Shown here piece by piece: positions 12,540-25,806 of a DNA stretch of 64,000 nucleotides. The stretch is from Setoptus koraiensis. Lineage: Eukaryota; Animalia; Arthropoda. The notes beneath the pieces are model-generated. The model saw only the letters and a list, made by a program, of their open reading frames with translations, did no database searches and had not been told where the DNA came from. The translations under genes were made by a program, and so were the position numbers. Within the stretch, counting starts at the first letter, position 1. The number at the start of each line of letters is the position of its first letter. The stretch spans positions 15,934,001 to 15,998,000 of the forward strand of contig CM106586.1 in assembly GCA_048013815.1 (NCBI GenBank), read 5' to 3'.

Positions 12540-15500
12540 TTAATCGTTGACAATCAGAATCTTGTTGATTATGTTGTTGTCGCTGTAGTAGGATTTGATA
12601 TAGGTGCTAATGAGTTGTAGGCCCTCAACAAATTTAACCTTGTCACTCTGGTGAACGCTCTCAATGATGGCGTCCATGAACGTCTGGTAGGGCAAATAGT
12701 TTTTGGATTTGTGACACGATTCCATTTTGGCCAAATAAATTCTTCTGTCTTTCATTGCGTCATTGTGTAGCGCGTGATATTCTGGCAATAGGCGAGATAT
12801 TTTATCGGCGCAATAACATGACATTCCAAGCGCAATTATCGAGCACTTTTGTGATAATTTGTCTCTGTTTGAACGAAGCAACGACCACAATCCATTGCTA
12901 CTTGTGAATGTGTCGTGAATAGAGGCGAGATGCTTGTTGAAGGCCATAACGGACTTGACAATAGTTCCGCTAACAACATCGTCGACATCAATTTGACAAC
13001 TATTGGTACCGTTATAATTGGGTGCAACGTTGTTGGTGCTGCTGCTGGTGCTGTCTTGCGGCTGCCTGGGACAACTGTGGGCAATTAGTGTTATTACGCG
13101 CATCCAAAATGCTACCACTTTTGATTCGTTCATTTCACTGTCATGGATACTTTGCTCCGAATCGAGCAAATTGAGCTGTGAGGCCCAGTGCAAGAAGTCG
13201 GCCCAGACTTTGGGTTTGTCGTCGCAACGAGCGTCTCTAATATCGTGTATTTGTGCCTCAAAATAAACCAATAGCGTCAATGGTGCATTGTATTGAATAC
13301 ATGAATCGAGAAAATCGTCGCTAGGCACAGAATAAAGAGCGAAACTTTTCCACAATTTCTCATAGTGACCATTCAAATTGAAAAACGACTCAATGAGACG
13401 TTCGGTCGCATAGACCAACACTCTCGAGTTGTTGACTATGCTGCCCAAGGCGCGAATAGTCTCCACCACAACTATTGGTGTCTGGCTGAATATAGATGCA
13501 TCAACTAGCGATTCCGCTATCATCATCTTGGTCTCATCGTTGATAGCCAAATCGTTACAACAAGCCAACAGGCCACCCAATAATCGCTGCTTCCTATCCA
13601 TACCGACGCCTAGATGATGATACATGAAATTAAATGATGAGAATTAGAATTAGAGTCGTGACAAGAATTCGAGACAGACACATATCGCTCTGTACATTGA
13701 GTGTTAGTTACCTGAAGATAGCAGCGACCAGCTTAGGTCGCGCAAAGAATTGTCCACAACAACTCTAATATATTCACGGTGTGCCTTTATCACAGACGGA
13801 TGGCCCGCTATGAGATCCACTAAATAGGATGATATAAAATTGGCGTATATGAGCTGCTTATCAAAACTGTCATTGGAACTAACTAGCTGGTGTTGAGAGC
13901 CCGACGAATCGCCAGTCAATTCGGTCTTGATGGCATGCTCAATCAGTTGGTTGTTTAGTGATGAGGATCCGTCGCTGAAATGTATCGTCATGGAACGCAA
14001 TAAATTCACAAGTAACTTATTGCTCTGACTGTGTTCTAAATTTACAAATTCCATGTGACGCAGAATTGTCTCCGATAGATTCTTCACTTGCTGGCTCGGT
14101 ATCAGGTCAAAATATTGACCAGGCAATTTGAATCCCTTCAAATGACTAGACATGTGTATTATGGCGCCCGCTAGTTGGCCCATCACGTGAGGCAGGTTTG
14201 GATCGTCGCGCAATTGACGCAATGATTCGCGCCAGTCCACCTGTAATAGTATGTGACTTGTCAATTCGTTCACCTGATAACTTTCTTGCTCTACAAGCTG
14301 AGATAGATACTCATAGTCAACAACTTGCAACACGAATCTGTTCCATGGTAATTGTGTCAGGCACCGTTGAAGTATGGATAGCTCCAGATAAATGATTGCT
14401 CTAGTTTCGAGAACATACTGACGAAATTTACCCCATATCGAGCTCAGTATATTGGAGGTATTGTCGGGTATTTTGTTGATGAGATATTGTAAGCAAGCAA
14501 CGAAAATGTTCGACACAAATCGATAGTCGTTCTTTTGGATGTTCTGACAGCTCTTGTCTAGAAATACCCACTCTTGCCACAATTCAATTAGTTGATTCCA
14601 AATATAAGAATGATTATTAGGATAAATATCCGCTGTTGATTTTATCCACATGAATGATACGCTCGCCATGACAACAATGAATTGCTTTATGTAATCGTTA
14701 TAGTAGTCCAACAAAATAATACCTGCACGAGCTGCTATGATTTGGTCGAAATGTTTACTGATTAAGCTCATCAATTCATTCAGACCGTCCCATCCGATGG
14801 TGGTCTGATGATCGGCCAACCTGATGAGCTCGTCCACTAATACATTCAGTGTTGAGTCCATACCGATAACATCTGAGTCCTCAAACTGTTGCTGATTGGA
14901 CGCTGCGTCCTGGTGAATGATGGCTTTGGTAACCATTGAAAATCTGTTGCCGCTAGACATTGATTCGTTGGGCCAATTGAAAGAGGTGTAAAATCCCAGA
15001 GTCAGCAAATAATCAGTCCAGAGGTCGGGTGCCAATTGAAGCCTGTCCATGGTGTCCAGCATCTCCGACATGGTGAGACTCATTTCTTTGGGGTAACGGT
15101 GTGACATTAGGGCTTGCAGATGACGCCTGAACAGTTCGAAAGACGGCAAATACTCCTCGTCGGGTCTGATTCCCATCTGACCGAATGATGAACAAACAGT
15201 ACGAATCATTTCCTTGTGCAATTCTGTTGAGGCAGAACGCAACCATAAACTAACGTCAAATTTGCTTAAAATGACAAACATCACCAATGGTGACATCCGT
15301 TTCAAATTCAACTCAACGGCCTTGTACAATTGAGCGAAACAAGCCGGACTGCATGCAGACGGTGAAAGTCTCGGACTGAATATGTGCACTGAATTGGGAT
15401 GTTGGAAGCAAACCTTCAATAGAACTCTGTTGAATACATCCATCTCTTTAGTGTTGGATAATAGCTCTAAAACTGTGTTCAACAAATAGGTGGCAGGCTG

Positions 15501-18500
15501 ATAGGATCCGCTTAGTTGTTCGTAACGAGCAGGCTCGCTAATCCAGGTGAGTAGGTCTTCAATGACAAACTTAATACTGTTGGCGTCATCGACGAGCTTC
15601 TTTACGTAGAATTCAATTTTCAACGAGGCGCTCACAATGCTGTTACACGGCAATTCAAGCAGATCGTGTATGATTGAGTCGAAACTTTGCTTGGTATTCT
15701 GTATTTTGGTCATGATGGCATCGTTCTGTGTAGCCTCTTCGATGGTCACGGTTATTTTGGCAGGCCCCATGCAATTAGATCCGTCGGTACATGGCACAAT
15801 CTTTTCCAGTTCTTTTTTCTTGTTTGAATACAATTCTGTCAACAGAGTCACGAGATCCTCGCACAGAACCGTTAGTCGAGTAATGCGTTTGCCATAATAT
15901 TTAGACTCACCGAAGACAATGTCGAAATTCTCTCTAATTCTTAATATCAATCCTTCCACAGACTGTTTATCTATTTGAAGTTTCAGAGATCTTCCGTGAC
16001 TGATATCGGGGAATTCCTCAAAGACATTAGATTTGGCTGATGTGTAAGATGGCTGCACTTCCGGTGAGTTGCCGGAATAAATAGAGCCTATTTTTGTTGA
16101 ATTGGATTGAGTAGCCCTAATGGGACTCAGCAGTGGCATAACAGGCTCTGGTTCTTCCTCTATAATTAATGTAGATGTGCCTGCCTGGCTCTCTGCAATT
16201 GATTTGTTATCTTGCACCAACTTAACTAGTGACAGTCCATCGAGTGATGTGTCCAGCAGACTGTAGGTCTTTGGCCAGATTTTACTAATGGCAACGTTTT
16301 GCTTTTCTGTCAGTTCCAAGTTAACGTAGGGCAACCAGGCACTATCAGATGATTGCATAATACTCTTAAGCATTGGCACCAGGTGATTATTGTCGAGATG
16401 CTCCAGATCAACGTAGGCGTCTTGCAATGTTTTGTCTTGTAACCAAAGCATGTAGGCCTTGTACAATTTTGCCAATTGCGAATGAAGATCACTTCCGCCA
16501 CTGTGAGTCCACTGTCTATAATGATAATTAAACAGAGAGTCTAGACGAACTTTGAGTTGTTGCAAGGTGCCATCTTGAACAATTTTCAAGCCCACGGAGC
16601 AACCGTTGAGGGAGTTAGCGAAGTAGTTTAAGAAGAAATTGTACCAAACTAACGGGCATATTGGATGGCCAACGTCGATCTCATTTATATCTAAGGCCAG
16701 TTCGATCCATGAATTAATGGGTAGGATGGTTTTAAGCAAGCTCTGATTTAGATGTGGACACTTCTTTTTCATGGCCGACTCCAAAGTTGCCTCTTGATTT
16801 GAGCTGAGTTCGCTTACAATGTCCTCCCAGATTTTTTCCATTCTGATTGTATCGCTTTCGATAACTGCCCATCGAAGCCAGATTAATTCTTTGTATTTTT
16901 GCGACAACACATGCAATAGTGTGATAAATTCCTTTCGCGTTGAGTTGTTCATGAAAGAGCTGGAGTTTAGTAGTGAATTGAACCAACCTAACGAGGGCAA
17001 TTTCCAATTTTGAACCGAATAGGACGAGTCGCAAATTATGCGGATGAATTGTTGACGCTGCGCACCAAAGTTGAACCTCACTAAATTGTCTATCAGACTG
17101 GCTATCTTTTTCAAATGATGCGGGTCACTACTGAACCAAGACGAGCTGATTTGTTTGATCATTTGTGCTGTCACCTCTAGCAGTATCCTAATATAGGCTC
17201 GCATCAATTGAAGTTGTCTAAATTGCGTCAAATGTAACATCTGAGTATATATCAATGAAGAAAGCCGATTCTCATCTATGACGCTCAATATGATACTCTG
17301 AAAGTAGGGCAAAATCTGATTGTCTTTCATAATCAAAGCCTCCAATTCTTCAATGTGACATATCATAAAATGACTCAGAGCAATCAAGCTAGGTGTGAAA
17401 TGACCACTAGAGGCTTGTATATTGATGTATTTCAAAATGTTCGAAGCACTCTCTCGTATCCAAAGGGCATCGGTCAGCATCATGTAGGCGAACAAGGCGA
17501 CTGGTCGACCGGCTTCAACACCATTGGCCAGACTTAAACACTCGACATCTTGTAAGGTGGGAACTGGATGAAATCTGTCATCAATCAATACTGTATTCAT
17601 CACAGATCTGCTAGTTCCAGATCGACTTTGAACAGAATTCCAATCTGTGTCCGGTTGATCGAGAATGTGAACGCGCAATGATAATAGTATTCGCCAGCAC
17701 CAAACATAGAATTGCTGGTACGATTCCGATTTGGCCAATGTACAAAGGTCCACTTGAATAGCCTTAGAACGCTGTTCATCGTAGATTTTCTCTAATTCAA
17801 CTTCGACACATGTACCTAAACTCTGCGGATTAAATACCTGTGTCGGGGGCAAGTGTCTCTCGGATGCCTCTGTTATCAACAAACAAATCCTGCGTCTGAA
17901 AGCTAAACTGAGTTCGCCAGGCTTGCCTATCTCGTTAGTTTGGGCAGTGGTCGAGTGACTACTGGCTGACTGATGATGGCTGGGGTCATGGCCAGAATCA
18001 TGGATGCTTTGTTGGTCATTTAAAAGAAGTTTCGTGAACAGCAAACGGGCTACCTTATTCTGGTTGGTTGTTAATGCATGATCTCTGAACCAGCTCGACA
18101 GAATACTAATTTCAAATTCATCGCAGACCCATCCATTTAGTGTGCATGTATCAAATAGATTGACTATGTCGTCTGGTAGTTCATTGGCAACAAAAAATTT
18201 AACGTACAAACTCACCAAACTTGGGAATGCTTGTGCACATATGGATAATAGTTGTATTCCAGTTTTTGTGACCTTGGTTTTGAGAATGTTACAGCGAAAC
18301 GACACATCAAATATTTCTGTCGTAACTGAGGTGACGAATTCGGACTTAGGATCAGATCGGGATAGAATCATATTTGCCATGGAATTCAGCAAGTATTTGC
18401 ATTCGCGGGTTGGCAACTTTAAAAATTTCTCGGTGAATAAATACAATACAGCCGTCTCTTGGAACTTTTTCCTCCAGTATGCGTCGTTGTAATATTTGCA

Positions 18501-20610
18501 GGAACTGTTAAAAGCTGCTTTTTTGTCACGACAGTTATTGTGAAATTGCCAAAGGATGTGCCACATCATTGGATCTGATACATTATTGAACCATTCCACG
18601 GAGAAACCGTATGTTAATGAGTTGGCTGGTCGATATTTTAAATTGAACGCCTTTCTTGAGCTAGAAGAGCTCTCAGTTATTTGAACTTGGCTTGAATCTT
18701 TTGGACTAGATAGACTGTTTCCGGCGGCTCTTAGCAACTTAGCCAAAGAGGTAGTCAAGTATTCTTGCGATAATTCTGCTGACTCTGGTTTTATTGCGTG
18801 TGAAGCTTCCTCCTCCGGAGATGAATCGCTCAAGTGTTGCCATATACCAGAGCGACGTAATTCCAGTATTGTTATAATTGACCTTAAAATGAAGTGATCA
18901 TATTCTACTTCTAATCTCATCAACAAAGCATTATCATGCTCTCTGAGTTTCTTCTTACACTCTTGCCAATAACTAGAGATGATTAAAACAGTATGGCGAA
19001 TTTGCAAACTGAGATACTCAACGAGGTTATTGAATTGAATACTATTGAACGTAGACAATCCCAGTTGATAGGTATTCAAGATTCTGGTGGCTATTGCTAA
19101 CAGTTTAAGCATAAGTACTTCGTCATTCTGGTCTTCGTCACTTCTAAATTCATTGGTGTGATTCGTCTTGGTGTAATCTTTGAAGATTTTAGTCACGGGT
19201 ATTTGTTGACACAGATTAATAATGTCCAACTCAGATAAAATGAACTCATTCAATTTGCTCATGTCGAGTTCTTCTCCGTAATATTCGAATTGTGGATCAA
19301 CATATAGCCACTTCCCTAATGAATTTGTCTCATCAGAGGGTTGATCCTTATGACTAAGTGATTGTTGTTCCAGTAACGATGATTTCTTCTGATCAATATT
19401 GACATCTTTTTTCAGAGGTGACAAGATGGCATTTAACAAGGATAAGCAGTGGCTTATATAACTGGGCACTGAATCAAAACCATGTGTTTCGTCAAAACTC
19501 TTACATGCTAGCTGGCTAGATATCCAATCGGAGATACCGGCGGGTCCTTTTAGAATCTGAGACACAATAAATAGATGATCTTCTGTTGTGGACGTCTCGA
19601 GAAATTTAGAAATAATCTTCGTAAGCCAATCTCTACATTGATGAACAAAATCTGAGTCCGTATTGTTTAGGTGCCTTATGAAAGTGAACAGGGCAGTAAT
19701 GGAGGCTCTCAGTTGGGCCATTCTGTCGCTGAGATCGCTAGTTTCAGTGATTGAAATCAATTTGGATATAATTTGATGGCGGTTGATCTGGCATGTAAAT
19801 GAATATGATATATAGTCTTCATTGACGCTGTCTTTTAGTTTAGTTGAAATCGCCTTGAGTTTGTTCAGATCGTTAGTTTTGAGGAAGGCCTGCTTGTATT
19901 TAAAAGTGGTCTCACAGATACGTCCTTGCTGGCACATGTCAATCTTTCGGACTGACTTATTTTCAAATTCCCATACCTTATCTTTAATATCGAGAAATTT
20001 CATTTGGGATTGGTTTATCCTATCACGAGTTAATGCCAGATTATCAAGAGATTTTTCCAACTCATATAGTAGTTCATACAATTCTTCGTCCATAATGAGC
20101 GAGTTCACCTATATTTGTGAGAAACAGTAAAAAGTGAGTATTGTGTCAATAATCGTAGCTCGCTTGAAGATACTGTCAAGTACAGTGTAGAGAGTTGTAG
20201 TCTTCTTCGACAAATTCACTTGCCTGTTGATGATCTTGACCGTGAGGGTAAGTGATCAATCCAATATCGGGATGAAGCGAAAGCAATTGAGCTTCAGTGA
20301 AAGCTTTTATCGAGCCCAATTGATCGTAGCAGTCTTCGTTTATTTTGTTAGTGGCATTTTTTATCAGCTCTTGATCCGGATAATCTTGAGCCGGCGATGG
20401 GTCTCGGTGGCCTTGAAAGTCGTTGAAATCATCATGATAGTCCGCATGAGGTGCCGAGGGATGGTGGTCTTGATTCGATGCTATGTCATGTGAAGAGGTA
20501 GAAGTGTGAGGCATATGTGGAGTTAAAGCCATATCGGTGTCGTCAGCGACAGTGTGAATATGCTCTTCATCTATCTTTGAATGATCATCAGCCGCAGCAG
20601 CATCTGACAT
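12540..20610 (-). CDS. EPG5: Ectopic P granules protein 5 homolog (autophagosome-lysosome tether), 3 exons, ~2617 aa
   Basis: Exons 20610-20224, 20108-13712 and 13609-12540. Intron 2 (13711-13610, 102 nt) is TCAG|GTAACT...CTAG|GC with phase 1 on both sides. Intron 1 (20223-20109, 115 nt) is CAG|GCAAGT...ATAG|GTG. The N-terminal FTEAQLLSLHP...ELYELL...KVWEF block, the later helical motifs and the total length match the EPG5 family as recalled. Confidence 0.85.
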
Positions 20611-21765
20611 GATGGTGAGTCTAATCGATCGATAATCAAACAATGTATACGATGTTGGCGTCAATCATTCGTTGAATATAACGTTCTCTCTGTGGTGATG
20701 TCGTAATAAAAACAAATCAAAAAATTCAAAAATTTGTCTGTCTTTCGTTGTACTGATGGTGATAACTGTATGTGAAGTTACTATTATGCTCTGTATTCTC
20801 CAACACAATCTGATGTAAACAAGAAGAGTGGCTGTTTTGGTTACAAATACTACTGTATCAGCAACAATATTTGCACTGAGCTTCCCTGATAATCTCAGCC
20901 TGACTACTGATTATCTGATTGATGGCGGTTGAGTCTAATGATGTTCTTGGTTAACCACAGTGATATATGCTCACCGAAGGATAAATTGTATGCTAGTGAC
21001 CGTGTTGCTGACAATAGTAAACAACAAGATATTTGGTTCAATTGGTTGTACTCAAAAGGAATCTTGTTAGTGGTTGACTATTATACACAGTACTACTTTC
21101 CAGTTGTATGTCCAATCTAGAAATAATTCGACGAAAACAAAACAGAAATTTTACAATTGATGACTGATAAATATATTAATTGTAAATAATGTAAATCTTT
21201 TCTTCTCAACGATAGCTGTAGTTGAGATGGATGTAACCATCATGTTGGTCTGATGCACTTATCAAAGAAAGTAGATTGTTGTCTAGGCATAATTATAGCA
21301 TGTACCTAATCTATTGGATTAGCACAGAAATATTGAAAAACGCACTCTCGATTCGAGAGTGTGCACAGAGGGTATTTAGTCCTGTTTGTGTTCCCAAAAT
21401 GTCAGCTGTTGGAGTTGTTGTAGTTGTGAGCATTCAGGGAAAAAATCAACTTCTGTGCGTTGTTCCTCCTTGTTCTCGCACATGAAGCATAAAAAAACAA
21501 TCACACCCTGCAACTCTCGATTGTGTTTACTTGTAAATAACGCCACAAATGGTTGGTGCGATCACATGACTCACGAAAGCTTTAAATCTCGTCGCACAAT
21601 CGCATTATGAAAGCACTTGACCGGTCCTCAGCATGCCGCAAAGTAGGAATTTTCAGTGAAGAATTGCCATCATTTCATTATAGGAACAAATATACCGATA
21701 TATTCATTTATTATTATTTATATTATTGGTTCTTAATTGGCCACTTAATTTATTCAATCTAGTCC

Positions 21766-23559
21766 ATGCAAGAGAGGAATGATAAAATGACTAAATGGTT
21801 GGGACCTTTGGAAATAGCACTTTATACACTTGTAAACTTAATACATATCTGGATATGTCCCTTCAACAAAGTCGAAGAATCTTTCAATACTCAGGCCGTG
21901 TACGATGTGATCAATTCATCGCCTTTATTCCCTACGGACACATCCAAATGGGATCATGTGGACTTCCCTGGGGTAGTTCCAAGAACTTTCATTGGGGCCC
22001 TCACAGTTGGTTCGATAACCAAGACATTGGCGGGCGTAGTTTCTCCATTCATCACAAGTCAATCACAACTATATTTGCAAATAGCTAGTCGATTCACTCT
22101 TGCTTGTTTCATGACTTTTTCATTGTGCTATTTGACGAGAGCCATCCAAAGGAAATTTCAAACTAAAACAAGAATCCTATTTGATCTACTCTTGGTCACA
22201 CAATTCCATTATATGTTCTACAGCAGTCGCTTCTTACCTAATACATTCGCAGCAATATTGACAAATTTAGCGATAGCTTCCTGGCTCAACTCTCAAGACC
22301 ACATACTCATACCTTGTGTGGCAACAAGTGTCATAATATTCAGATTCGACTCTGTACTATTCTTTGGATGGATCGTGCTATTTGGTCTATTCGTGAGGAG
22401 AAATATCTCATTTAAACGACTTCTCGCAATTGGAATGCCATCTGGTATGATTGCTTTGGCAGCTACTTTAACAGTAGACTCATATCTCTGGGGACGTCCT
22501 CTTTGGCCTGAAGGTGAAGGTATCTATTTCAATGTTTGGTTAAACAAGTCTCACGAATGGGGTACACAACCATACTTCTGGTACTTCTATTCATGTTTAC
22601 CAAAATTGGCCTTGACTGGTTTATTCTACATACCACTCGCCAGTAGGTTTTCCATTCACAATTTACTTCTACCTACGTTGGCTTTTATAGCTACTTATTC
22701 CATATTACCTCATAAGGAACTAAGATTCATCATGCACATTGTGCCCGTCCTAAATATTGTTGCCGCAAACGGCCTAAGTAATCTTGGTTGGCTGATACTC
22801 AACTCTAAATATTCATTGTCAAGAACTGTCAATATCAAAGATAATGAGAAGGAAAATCCCATATATTTGCTCGTCACAATTTTGAATTTATTTTCTAGAA
22901 AAGAAATCAGCTCTAATGAGACGAAACGAACTGTGACAAACTCGAAGCCTGCCAGCAAATATCACAAAGTTTTGATTGCTTTCGTTATTTTTTCCACCCT
23001 GGCTATCAATACGATATTTACAATAATATTCCTCTCAGCTTCGAGTTTCAATTACCCGGGTGGTCGAAGTAGCTTATGGTTACACAAGAACTCCGAAATA
23101 ATAAAAGTCAGTGAATTTCCAGACGGCAATCATAATGTCAGTGTATATGCTGGAAATCTGGCCGCTCAAACAGGACTCACTAGATTCTTGCAAGTGAACA
23201 ATCTTCACTACTACAAGGATGCCCACTTTAACGCTGATGAAGTTCTTTCGGACAATTTTGCGACTGCCTTTCTTATTTTGGAATCAGATGAAGTGGCAAG
23301 ATTTGAGACGGACTTTTGCAAACGACAGAAATTAACTTCTAATCTCGAGGTTAAATGTCAACGCAAGATTGAAGAACAGCCCCGACACTGTTGCATCGTT
23401 CACACAGAGATGATATTTGACACTGTTGCAATCGATCTCACTAGAATGTTTGATGTAACCATGAAATTGTCTTTGAGGGATAGTGAGTTTATTAGAACAA
23501 AAGAGGCATTGAAGATCGTGCGTTGTGGATTCTCCAGCAAATTTAACCCTTTCTTGTAG
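21766..23559 (+). CDS. ALG12: Dol-P-Man:Man7GlcNAc2-PP-Dol alpha-1,6-mannosyltransferase (GT22), intronless
   Basis: Motifs PFNKVEESFNTQAVYD, WDHVDFPGVVPRTF, SILPHKELRF, NYPGG and AAQTGLTRF; multiple TM segments. Confidence 0.95.
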   Translation: MQERNDKMTKWLGPLEIALYTLVNLIHIWICPFNKVEESFNTQAVYDVINSSPLFPTDTSKWDHVDFPGVVPRTFIGALTVGSITKTLAGVVSPFITSQSQLYLQIASRFTLACFMTFSLCYLTRAIQRKFQTKTRILFDLLLVTQFHYMFYSSRFLPNTFAAILTNLAIASWLNSQDHILIPCVATSVIIFRFDSVLFFGWIVLFGLFVRRNISFKRLLAIGMPSGMIALAATLTVDSYLWGRPLWPEGEGIYFNVWLNKSHEWGTQPYFWYFYSCLPKLALTGLFYIPLASRFSIHNLLLPTLAFIATYSILPHKELRFIMHIVPVLNIVAANGLSNLGWLILNSKYSLSRTVNIKDNEKENPIYLLVTILNLFSRKEISSNETKRTVTNSKPASKYHKVLIAFVIFSTLAINTIFTIIFLSASSFNYPGGRSSLWLHKNSEIIKVSEFPDGNHNVSVYAGNLAAQTGLTRFLQVNNLHYYKDAHFNADEVLSDNFATAFLILESDEVARFETDFCKRQKLTSNLEVKCQRKIEEQPRHCCIVHTEMIFDTVAIDLTRMFDVTMKLSLRDSEFIRTKEALKIVRCGFSSKFNPFL

Positions 23560-24921
23560 TAGACTATCATACCGTAATACCTATGAATTTTACTATGACC
23601 AAAGGCACAGAGGTCAAAGAAGAATAGTACAACTGCTCCAAATTCAGATTTATGGTTGAGTCTTTCCAGGCTGAAACAGACTGTTCCCCACTGTGGCAAT
23701 CCAGCCAATCTTGGAGTGAACACGAATCTATTGACTTCAATCGCAGCGCTATTCTTCTTCACTTTATGAGACTATCGAGTCATATAAACTGGGACAGCCT
23801 TGCTTTAGTATTGTTGTGATTGACCCCAAGATGATGAGGTGACCATACTCGACCTTTAATCACATCAGCAAGGCGCTCCGAGCGTCTTCTGCTTAAAACC
23901 CTGCCGATACCTAGAGACATGATTAAAACAGTATGACTATGTTTCCAGGGAGAGTGATTTAATTGAAACAGATGAAGCGTTGGAAATATCGTATATGGCG
24001 CAGGTTTCCTGGAAAGTTTGACCCTGTCCCATGGTTGATGGTTCTTGTATAACCATAAAATCTTTTGGCAATCTAGAGATATGAAGAACAGAGAAGGCAA
24101 TTACTGTGCAGGGAAACTTCAACTGCCATCACACTCAGATATATTGATAGATTTCGATCATAAACATTGTCCTATAGCGATGACCCCGCCAATTACTGGC
24201 GGTCAAGCGGACCTACTGCCTTCTTCTGATGCTAATTAGTGACGACCGGTTGCTGACCCCAGGCTTCCATGATAAGTCTTCTTTTGATATTTTGTATTGT
24301 TGGCGATTGTTTAAACTGTTTTGTCCACCTCTATCCTATTTGAAATTGACGGCTATGTTTAACAACACGTGTTGACAATCGTCGGAGTTTGATTATTATT
24401 CATGGGAGTGAGGGACAATTGTCCAGAATTGATTATGATCATGGTGTTGATTGATTCCATTTGGAGCCAACACACATGATGAACCTACTGGCTACACTTG
24501 ACCAATGGTCAAGTTGGGTTGAACATGTTGAACCAATCGATTGATCAATAGAAATTGTTTGACGGTACACGAAGGTGTGTAGAGCCATCTATAGGTATGA
24601 TAGGGTAGTCTATCAATCTCTTGTGCACATAGAGGTTACCGCCGTCGTCGTCGTCAGCGCCAATAAAATCCTTCTCCTTTATGCGACGACGACGTCGTCT
24701 ACAGATTGGTCGGCAGTGACTAAAAGGTGGAAGGATTAGTAGAAGCATTTCCCAGTGAATGTATTTGATGAGCACAAGAACTTAATTTCATCGAGTTCAT
24801 TCAAACTTTGTCGCTCGCGCAGGATGGTAGAAAATTTAGAAGTTTTAAAAGTAAAGTTTAAAGTACAAAAGTTTTGATACTGCATTCAGCAATCATTGAA
24901 TCCGTCATTTACATTTTAACC

Positions 24922-25416
24922 ATGACAACGTCTAACCATTCGGGACCCAACATATCAACTAACTGGTTCAGTCAGAAATTATTACACAAGCCTGTCACAA
25001 TGGTGGACTCTTCAGCGCAAAAGAAGGCAACCAAGTCATACACATCATTCACCATCGAGTCTATACTTTCAAAAAGGGACGACACAAGCTCGAGGAAAAA
25101 TGAAAACACAAACTCTTACCAATATACTAACAACCAATATACAAATAACCAATATACGAGTAACCAATATACAAGTAACCACTATACTGATACAGACACA
25201 TCCTCGCCAAGGATGAAAAAGAAAACTCGCACCGTATTCTCTAGGAATCAGATACAGTTATTAGATTTAACTTTCCAAGCCAAAAAGTATCTGGCTAGCA
25301 GCGAAAGAGCTGAGCTGGCCTCAGCATTAAATTTAACCGAGACACAAATCAAAATTTGGTTTCAAAACAGGAGAAACAAGTGGAAAAGGAAAATCATCAA
25401 TTATCAAATTAATTAA
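24922..25416 (+). CDS. HMX: NK5/HMX-type homeobox protein (divergent, short)
   Basis: Homeodomain [12 protein letters not shown]...[34 protein letters not shown] matches the HMX signature; eh1 motif SFTIESIL. First ATG is at 24922 (the ORF track starts at TTG 24874). Confidence 0.8.
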   Translation: MTTSNHSGPNISTNWFSQKLLHKPVTMVDSSAQKKATKSYTSFTIESILSKRDDTSSRKNENTNSYQYTNNQYTNNQYTSNQYTSNHYTDTDTSSPRMKKKTRTVFSRNQIQLLDLTFQAKKYLASSERAELASALNLTETQIKIWFQNRRNKWKRKIINYQIN

Positions 25417-25806
25417 TGATTAAAATTTTTATAATCCATTTAATTAATAAATGAATTTCACATTTAATTCTTAAACAAATCACTTAGTGAACTTATTGTA
25501 TTTCCGGTTGGTGTTAGAAGAAACTAACCAATGGTCACGTTGCGAAGGTATTCTTTCTGGGTGTGTACTGCGGATACCCATCACCGCCCTCTTGACCGAC
25601 CGCTCCGAGGTCCAATGCGGCATGCTGCATCCACATTACCTCTTGCCTGGGCTACACGTGGAGGAGCAGCATGCACTATTTTGATTTCTATCTATTAAAT
25701 TCATTGGCTGTATGTTTGCCAGTGTAAGGATATAATCGTATTGTCATCATACAGCAGACAAAAATATTTTAATTATCTTGGAGTTGATCATCCGCTCAAG
25801 CTCAAA

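Noticed and set aside
20938-21253. Box C/D-like motif pairs in the EPG5/ALG12 spacer
   Set aside because: No terminal stem and no convincing rRNA complementarity of 10 nt or more before box D.
22778-22910. Possible intron explaining the ~55-aa insertion in ALG12
   Set aside because: Donor GTAATC is phase 1 and both nearby acceptors are phase 2, so splicing would frameshift; treated as a coding insertion.
24643-24695. Pre-miRNA-sized hairpin made of (GTC)n/(GAC)n arms
   Set aside because: The pairing comes from opposed microsatellites common in this sequence, and it matches no miRNA I recall.
23560-24870. Coding-looking spacer between ALG12 and HMX (ORFs 23400..23762, 23780..24100, 24545..24775)
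   Set aside because: The frames I translated are broken by stops, and I recognised no domain or TE motif.
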